From: a virus | Taxonomy: Duplodnaviria > Caudoviricetes | Reading direction: 5' to 3' (one strand) | Length of the DNA stretch: 32,334 nt | Virus record (IMG/VR): IMGVR_UViG_3300032239_001053 | Location: 1-32,334 of that record | In this document: piece after piece, positions 27,054 through 32,334 of the stretch | Numbering within the stretch: position 1 is the stretch's first letter | Layout: each line of letters begins with the position of its first letter | The notes under the pieces: generated by a model | Databases searched by the model: none | What the model was told of the DNA's origin: nothing | What the model saw: the letters and a program-made list of their open reading frames with translations, nothing else | Made by a program: the position numbers and the translations under genes

Positions 27054-27375
27054 CACGTTGATGGCCATCTCGTCGGCCTCGTTCATCATCTTTGCGTTCG
27101 GGCGTCCGTCCAAGCTCTGGGAAATGTCGCCAGTGCAGGCTTGGCTGGCTAAAGCAGGTCTTTCAGCGACGTGCGCCGGTTGCGTGTTGAATATCCTCAC
27201 ACTGAGCACGCCCCAGTGGACGGAAGTGCTGTTGAATTGCGGGCTGGCACTAACGTGCGCGTGGGCAAATTGGTGGCATTGGACTGACCACTTGAAAGAA
27301 GAAAAACCTCCCAAAAAGGCGGCCCCAAAAATTAAGGCTGCCCCAAACCCTTTACGCAAACGGAGACCTCTATGA
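27019..27375 (+). CDS. Membrane protein (3 TM, basic C-terminal tail)
   Basis: Three hydrophobic segments and a K/R/P-rich tail. Confidence 0.65.
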   Translation: MNTITLINATANTLMAISSASFIIFAFGRPSKLWEMSPVQAWLAKAGLSATCAGCVLNILTLSTPQWTEVLLNCGLALTCAWANWWHWTDHLKEEKPPKKAAPKIKAAPNPLRKRRPL

Positions 27376-28262
27376 GCTGTGGCTGTGACGACCCATACAA
27401 CGGCGATTCTGCATACACCGGACTGTGCAACACAGACACTCCGTACCCGTCAATCAGTGCTGAAAGTGTCCCGTCGCTAATTGCAAACCTCGTCTCGTCG
27501 CTGTACGGGCAGATCACAAAGGACGCGTCTTCTGGAAAAGTTGTTTGGAACATCCCATGCGACCCGAATTCAGCCGCTCAGATTGGAAACATACCCAGAT
27601 ACAGCGGGGAAGGGCTTCTCTGCTATATCATGCGGGCTCTCACGATTCCGTTTGAGACCAGCGGCATGGTCAGACTCACGAGCGGGAGCACCATTACGAC
27701 CGATCTACTTGGAAAGTTCATCAATGTGGTTGGGAACGGCTCAAATACTGGAACGATCACGCTTCCTCCGCTGACAGTAAACAGCGTGGCAAACAGGTAC
27801 TTCCCGATCACGATTTTTAACGGCGGAACAGATAAGGTCATCGTCACCGCAAACACTGGGAACACAATTCGAGCAAAAAACGGGACGTCAGCGACCACGT
27901 TTACGCTCTCTGCCAATGACAGCACTGTCCTGACGCCTTTTGACGACGTCACGCAGACTGTTTGGGTTTCTACGCTTGGAACAGCAACCCTTTCAGCGTC
28001 ATCTCAGTTTTCTGCAAGCCTGACTCCGGCTGGATACACATTTTTGCCTTCTGGAGTCTGTATTCAATGGGGCGGAGCAAACTGCCCATCCGGTGCTTCG
28101 CAAGTAAACTACTTCCCAACCGCATTCAAAACGTCTTCTGTTGCTGTTTTGATGCAAAATGCGAACATAGGCGCGGTTGCGTCTTCAATCGCGACAAATG
28201 GATTCACCTCAACATCAACCGGATCAACTGTGTTCTCTAACTACCTCGCAATCGGATACTAA
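27372..28262 (+). CDS. Tail fibre protein with a gp53-like C-terminal tip
   Basis: GYTFLPSGVCIQWG...FPTAF...YLAIGY is a classic fibre C-terminus, and a chaperone gene follows. Confidence 0.8.
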   Translation: MSCGCDDPYNGDSAYTGLCNTDTPYPSISAESVPSLIANLVSSLYGQITKDASSGKVVWNIPCDPNSAAQIGNIPRYSGEGLLCYIMRALTIPFETSGMVRLTSGSTITTDLLGKFINVVGNGSNTGTITLPPLTVNSVANRYFPITIFNGGTDKVIVTANTGNTIRAKNGTSATTFTLSANDSTVLTPFDDVTQTVWVSTLGTATLSASSQFSASLTPAGYTFLPSGVCIQWGGANCPSGASQVNYFPTAFKTSSVAVLMQNANIGAVASSIATNGFTSTSTGSTVFSNYLAIGY

Positions 28263-28263
28263 T

Positions 28264-28620
28264 ATGTTCTTCTCAAAAGAAAAAGGTTTTGTAGACCCAG
28301 CAAATGGCCAAGACGTCACTGGGTGCGTCGAAATATCAAACGACCGTTATTGGGAGCTGATGGCCGGTCAGGTCGCTGGCCATCAAATTGAAACTGACGA
28401 AAGCGGCAACCCGTATTTGGCGGACAAAGAGCCGCTGAAATGGTCTGACGTTAGGCCACAGCGTGACGCTCTTTTGAGGAAGTCTGACTGGACTCAATTG
28501 TCGGATGCGCCTTTTTCTGACGAGCAAAAAACCGTTTGGGCTGCATACAGGCAAGCATTGAGAGATCTTCCTCAAACCTATCCGAATCCGGCCGACGTAG
28601 TGTGGCCAACTCTCCCTTAA
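28264..28620 (+). CDS. Tail fibre assembly chaperone
   Basis: VEIS...ELMAGQ..G..I; RPQRDALLRKSDWTQLSDAP...WAAYRQALRDLP...WPTLP. Confidence 0.88.
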   Translation: MFFSKEKGFVDPANGQDVTGCVEISNDRYWELMAGQVAGHQIETDESGNPYLADKEPLKWSDVRPQRDALLRKSDWTQLSDAPFSDEQKTVWAAYRQALRDLPQTYPNPADVVWPTLP

Positions 28621-28621
28621 T

Positions 28622-29044
28622 ATGACTCCGTCCGTTTGCCGCGCAGACATTCCATACCCGTCTGTCTCTCAGGAAAGCGTTCCTTCCCTGATAGACAATC
28701 TCGTCTCGTCGCTATACGGAACCGCGCTCACCAAAGCCGTAGTTGGGGGAAAAGTGGTCTGGACTATTCCGTGCGATCCAAACGCGGTTCAGATCATATA
28801 CAGTTTGCCCAAAATCACTGGGGAAGGGCTTCTATGCTTTATTCTGAGGGCGTTAGCGACCGGAAGTGTGCCAAACATCACAGGCAGCAGCGTGAATAGC
28901 CTGCTGTACCAGAGCGCGGTGAACACCACTCGCTTTCTTCCGACCGGCACTCTTGGTCAGGTTTTAACCAGTCAGGGTTCGGCCAGCCCTCCGACTTGGA
29001 CTTCACTGTTAAACCCAGTCGTGGCCGCCCTAATATTCGGATGA
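28622..29044 (+). CDS. Short fibre-anchor protein, paralog of the N-terminus of 27372..28262
   Basis: PYPSVSQESVPSLIDNLVSSLYG...GKVVWTIPCDPN...GEGLLCFILRAL; fibre motif GTLGQVLTSQG...P.W. Confidence 0.8.
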   Translation: MTPSVCRADIPYPSVSQESVPSLIDNLVSSLYGTALTKAVVGGKVVWTIPCDPNAVQIIYSLPKITGEGLLCFILRALATGSVPNITGSSVNSLLYQSAVNTTRFLPTGTLGQVLTSQGSASPPTWTSLLNPVVAALIFG

Positions 29045-29045
29045 T

Positions 29046-30785
29046 ATGAAAATTGTTCTTCCAAACAGTCCAACTTTTGTGCCCGCCGCCGCCGGTGCGA
29101 GCACGTTGACTTTCGCAAACACTCCGAACTTTCAAATCGGGCGTCTTTTGGCGGTAATCAATCAGACCGCAAACGTCTTAATCTACGCGGCCAGCGTTGC
29201 AAACACTGGATACGCTTCGTACAACGGGTTCACGAAGCAGATGGTGCTTCAAACCGCTACAACCGGCCAATTCTCGACTGATACGCTCATCTGTATTTAC
29301 GACGATCCTGCACCAAACGTCAGTATCGCAAGCCTTCCGTCTCTTCCGGCTGGCTCAAATGCAATCGGGGACGTCAACGCGGACTACCAGTACGCCGGAG
29401 CATCAACAATTTCGTCTGCTAATACCTTTTTGAGTATCCCGATTTCGACGAGAGGGACTGTTGCTGTTGCCATCACTGGAACATGGACTGGCACGCTGAC
29501 GTTTTCCGGATCTGTGGATGGCACATTGTTTGTCCCTCTCAGCGTGTACAACCTCAACACGCAAGCGTCTGCTGCCTCTGTCACAGCCACCAATACAACG
29601 GTGCAGATGCAGTCTTCCGGCTTTTCGGTGATCCGCATTCAAAGCGGCACGCCATGGACTGGGTCGGCCGCGTTTACAATCAGGGCGGCTTCCGGCATTT
29701 ATCAATCTCCGTCGGCCGAGGTTGAGATTAAAAACGACTCCGGAAACCCGATTCCGATCTCCGCCCCAAGCGCAATTCCAATTTCGGCCACCACGCTTCC
29801 TTTACCGACAAGCGCGGCCAAAGATTCCACTTTAACGGACGGAACGCAGAAGACTCAGGTCACAGCTTTGCCTGCGCTCTCCGCCGGTTCAAATACCGTT
29901 GGGAACGTCGGATTAATCGCAGGAACGCAGAGCATCGGGAACGTCGGATTAAACGCAGGAACCAATCAGATTGGCTTTGTTAATCCGGACAAGAGCAACA
30001 ATGGAACCCCCGTATCTCTTGCTTCGCTAGGGGCTACTTCTGGAAATATTTCGGCCAGTTCACGAGCAACTGTGACGTTCTTTGTCACCGGAACTTGGGT
30101 CGGGAGTATTTGGCTGGAAGTTCAAAACCCAAACACTGGCGTTTTCACGCAAATCACCGACGTTGTTGTCGCCGCCGGTGCAATGAATGGGATCTTGTCG
30201 GAAATCACCATCAACGGGATGTACTACGGTTCCGTCGCTGGTATTGAGACGTTCCGATTCAGGATGAACGCCTACACAAGCGGTACGGCGAACATTTACT
30301 ACGTCATCAGCAACAACCAGCCGCTAAATGCCATCACTCGCGTGCAGGGCAACGTGGCTCTGTATCCGGATTCGTTTTCAGGCACGCCGTCTACCGGCAC
30401 GCTGTACAGCACGACGGCGAATTCGTTTAACCTGACGGCGTTTTCCGCCGGTTCCTGCACATTGTACGGGATCTATTGCAACCCCAATCCCCAAGACACA
30501 GGCGTGGGGCTTGAGCCGTTGTTCCTGAAGGTTTACTCAAAGCCATCTCCGACTGTAGGGGGCGCAAATCCTGATATTCCAATTCTTGTCATTCCAATCA
30601 TCGACGAGCGGGGCGTCACTGCGCCTCCGTTCCAGTTCCCAGCAAACGGAATCTACTGCAACACCGGCGCATCGTTCGCGCTCACTCGCCAACTGGGGCC
30701 GAATTACACCAACCCAGTCACCGGAGTGGTGGATGCTCTACCTCCCACAAACGGCGGTCATCAAATCTTTGTTTTCGCTAAGTAA
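29046..30785 (+). CDS. Fibre/decoration protein related to 23358..25346
   Basis: ITGTWTG...GSVDGTLFVPL domain and L.AG.N.IG.V repeats shared with 23358..25346. Confidence 0.75.
   Translation: MKIVLPNSPTFVPAAAGASTLTFANTPNFQIGRLLAVINQTANVLIYAASVANTGYASYNGFTKQMVLQTATTGQFSTDTLICIYDDPAPNVSIASLPSLPAGSNAIGDVNADYQYAGASTISSANTFLSIPISTRGTVAVAITGTWTGTLTFSGSVDGTLFVPLSVYNLNTQASAASVTATNTTVQMQSSGFSVIRIQSGTPWTGSAAFTIRAASGIYQSPSAEVEIKNDSGNPIPISAPSAIPISATTLPLPTSAAKDSTLTDGTQKTQVTALPALSAGSNTVGNVGLIAGTQSIGNVGLNAGTNQIGFVNPDKSNNGTPVSLASLGATSGNISASSRATVTFFVTGTWVGSIWLEVQNPNTGVFTQITDVVVAAGAMNGILSEITINGMYYGSVAGIETFRFRMNAYTSGTANIYYVISNNQPLNAITRVQGNVALYPDSFSGTPSTGTLYSTTANSFNLTAFSAGSCTLYGIYCNPNPQDTGVGLEPLFLKVYSKPSPTVGGANPDIPILVIPIIDERGVTAPPFQFPANGIYCNTGASFALTRQLGPNYTNPVTGVVDALPPTNGGHQIFVFAK
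29901..29962 (+). repeat. In-frame 36-bp-period tandem duplication
   Basis: GGGAACGTCGGATTAA(T/A)CGCAGGAAC at 29901 and 29937, 25/26 identical. Confidence 0.85.
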
Positions 30786-30802
30786 CCAACCAAACAGCCA
30801 AT

Positions 30803-31162
30803 ATGGCAACCGACAAAACCATGCCTCCTAACGACCCAAACTCAATGCCAACGCCTTCCTCTGGGGGCGGAATGCCTCCTTCCGCGCCTGCTGGTGGAGA
30901 ATCTGACGTGATGATCCGCCTTCCAAAGGCGGCTTTTGACGCGATGCATCAAATCATCATGCAGCTCGCCTCCGGAATGGATCAGCTCGCTCAGGGCGTA
31001 AACCAAGAAGGCGGCGGAATGCCTCCAGAAATGGGCGGGATGCCCACAGAAATGGCCGCTGGTATGTCTCAGGCTGGCGCACCGGCTAGAGGCGGCGGAA
31101 GCCCTGACGACGAAGAATTCCTGCGCTCACTGATGGCTGAAGGCAACGAGAAATCCATGTAA
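30803..31162 (+). CDS. Met/Pro/Gly-rich low-complexity protein
   Basis: GGMPP repeats around a short helix; AC-rich leader. Confidence 0.7.
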   Translation: MATDKTMPPNDPNSMPTPSSGGGMPPSAPAGGESDVMIRLPKAAFDAMHQIIMQLASGMDQLAQGVNQEGGGMPPEMGGMPTEMAAGMSQAGAPARGGGSPDDEEFLRSLMAEGNEKSM

Positions 31163-31164
31163 CT

Positions 31165-32334
31165 ATGTTTGTATCGCAAATCATCGACGAGGCGATGGAA
31201 GTGCTGGGAACTACCGACAAGACGAAGGTCTTTCGGAAGCTAACCCAAGCGGTGAAAACGCTCATGCAGAGCGGTCACTACTTTCATTTGATATCCGAAA
31301 TCGATGTTTGCACCGGATGGGACAACCAGACCATCACTTTGCCTCGCGGCATTGAGGTGCCTTTGGCTGTGAATGTAGATGGGAGCCCAACCTACTTCCG
31401 GAACCGGCTTTTTCAGTATTCGGTGAATAAAGGCGGGATGTACAATCCTGTCAACTGGGCGTGGGACGACCGAGGCATGGTCAGCACGCAGATGGACATT
31501 CGCCAACCGTCTCAACTCGTCGCAATCGCCGAGCATGAGGCGGATGCCGGAAAAATTATTCGAGTTGTAGGCACCGACTCAAACAATCGAGACCTGCGTA
31601 CTCAAACTCCAGACGGGACAGGCATGGACGGGCTTCTGGTGCCCATTCATGCCATTTCTGACTACCCTCTTGGCGCAATTATCCCAGACGGCGTCACAAT
31701 CACCACGAGGTCAGCCGCCATCACGCCATTAACGCTGTTCTCATCAACGCTCGCGCATGAATTGTCTTCCGGACAGTCTGCTACGTTGATGCTTTTGTCT
31801 GGCACGATTCCAACCGGCCTGATTGCTGGCACAAAGTACTACATCGGCGTCAATTCAGCGACGCAGATTCAGCTCTATCAAAACGAACTGGACGCAAAGT
31901 CTGGGACAAACCCGATTAGAGTTTCAAACATCACAAATTCGCTTGGGGACACACTCCAGCTTACTGATTCGAGGCCGTCTCAGCTATACACCACGCTGGG
32001 GCTCCCTGACGGGCTGCCTGTAATGCCTCTGGATGACCCAAACGAAGTCACATTCTCAAAGCAGACTGCGTATACTCATGGAGCGTTGCTTGAATGGACG
32101 TGGCCAGCAAATACGGCGGGAACAATCATTTCTGCGATCTACGCAAACTTGTCGAATGGTGGCAAAACAGTGAACCTGATGGCCACCTCGTACACTATTC
32201 CGGTCGGGGCGCAGATATTTTCACTGATCAACGCTCTTGCGGACTCAATAAACGCAAAAACTCCCACGACCGGATGGTACGCTGGCAGTTCGGACATGGC
32301 CGAAAACCACATAATGGTCACCGGCCCCCAAAAC
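31165..32334 (+). CDS. Structural protein, 3'-truncated; possible head-tail adaptor with appended beta modules
   Basis: Absent from the ORF track because it has no stop in the window. Hand translation begins MFVSQIIDEAMEVLGTTDKTKVFRKLTQAV...TITLPRGIEVPLAVNVDG, and the frame appears open to the end. Confidence 0.8.
   Translation, partial: MFVSQIIDEAMEVLGTTDKTKVFRKLTQAVKTLMQSGHYFHLISEIDVCTGWDNQTITLPRGIEVPLAVNVDGSPTYFRNRLFQYSVNKGGMYNPVNWAWDDRGMVSTQMDIRQPSQLVAIAEHEADAGKIIRVVGTDSNNRDLRTQTPDGTGMDGLLVPIHAISDYPLGAIIPDGVTITTRSAAITPLTLFSSTLAHELSSGQSATLMLLSGTIPTGLIAGTKYYIGVNSATQIQLYQNELDAKSGTNPIRVSNITNSLGDTLQLTDSRPSQLYTTLGLPDGLPVMPLDDPNEVTFSKQTAYTHGALLEWTWPANTAGTIISAIYANLSNGGKTVNLMATSYTIPVGAQIFSLINALADSINAKTPTTGWYAGSSDMAENHIMVTGPQN

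Noticed and set aside
183-32321. Many minus-strand and alternate-frame ORFs in the ORF track (e.g. 8152-8931, 13825-14595, 14995-15771, 2427-3059)
   Set aside because: They are shadows of well-supported, tightly tiled + strand genes and show no recognisable motifs.
1-32334. Stop-codon reassignment
   Set aside because: Long genes are intact and tile densely under the standard code, and all three stop codons are used at sensible junctions.

Overview
The window is a 32.3-kb segment of a tailed dsDNA bacteriophage (Caudoviricetes) genome, densely coded and entirely on the + strand under the standard genetic code. Positions 1-4289 hold early-type small hypothetical genes separated by long RNA hairpins and a 3 x 76-bp structured repeat array (3501-3729). 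Then come TerS, two inserted ORFs and TerL, followed by a cassette of non-structural genes (HTH, PD-(D/E)XK nuclease, GP88-like, ParB-N). The head module follows: probable portal, scaffold, two glycosyltransferase-like genes, a ~200-nt highly structured non-coding leader, a signal-peptide FGE/C-type-lectin-fold gene, the major capsid protein and a terminator-like hairpin. After it are modular beta-rich fibre/decoration proteins, a lysis cassette (GH108 endolysin, several holin-like genes, overlapping spanin pair), a tail fibre with chaperone, a duplicated fibre anchor, and a structural ORF running off the right edge. Gene starts largely lack Shine-Dalgarno motifs and use CATAAATAC or AC-rich leaders or stop-N-ATG coupling. 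The lipoprotein spanin points to a diderm host. No integrase, polymerase, reverse transcriptase, cas gene, tRNA or rRNA was recognised. All protein calls come from motifs and synteny read by eye, without database searches.
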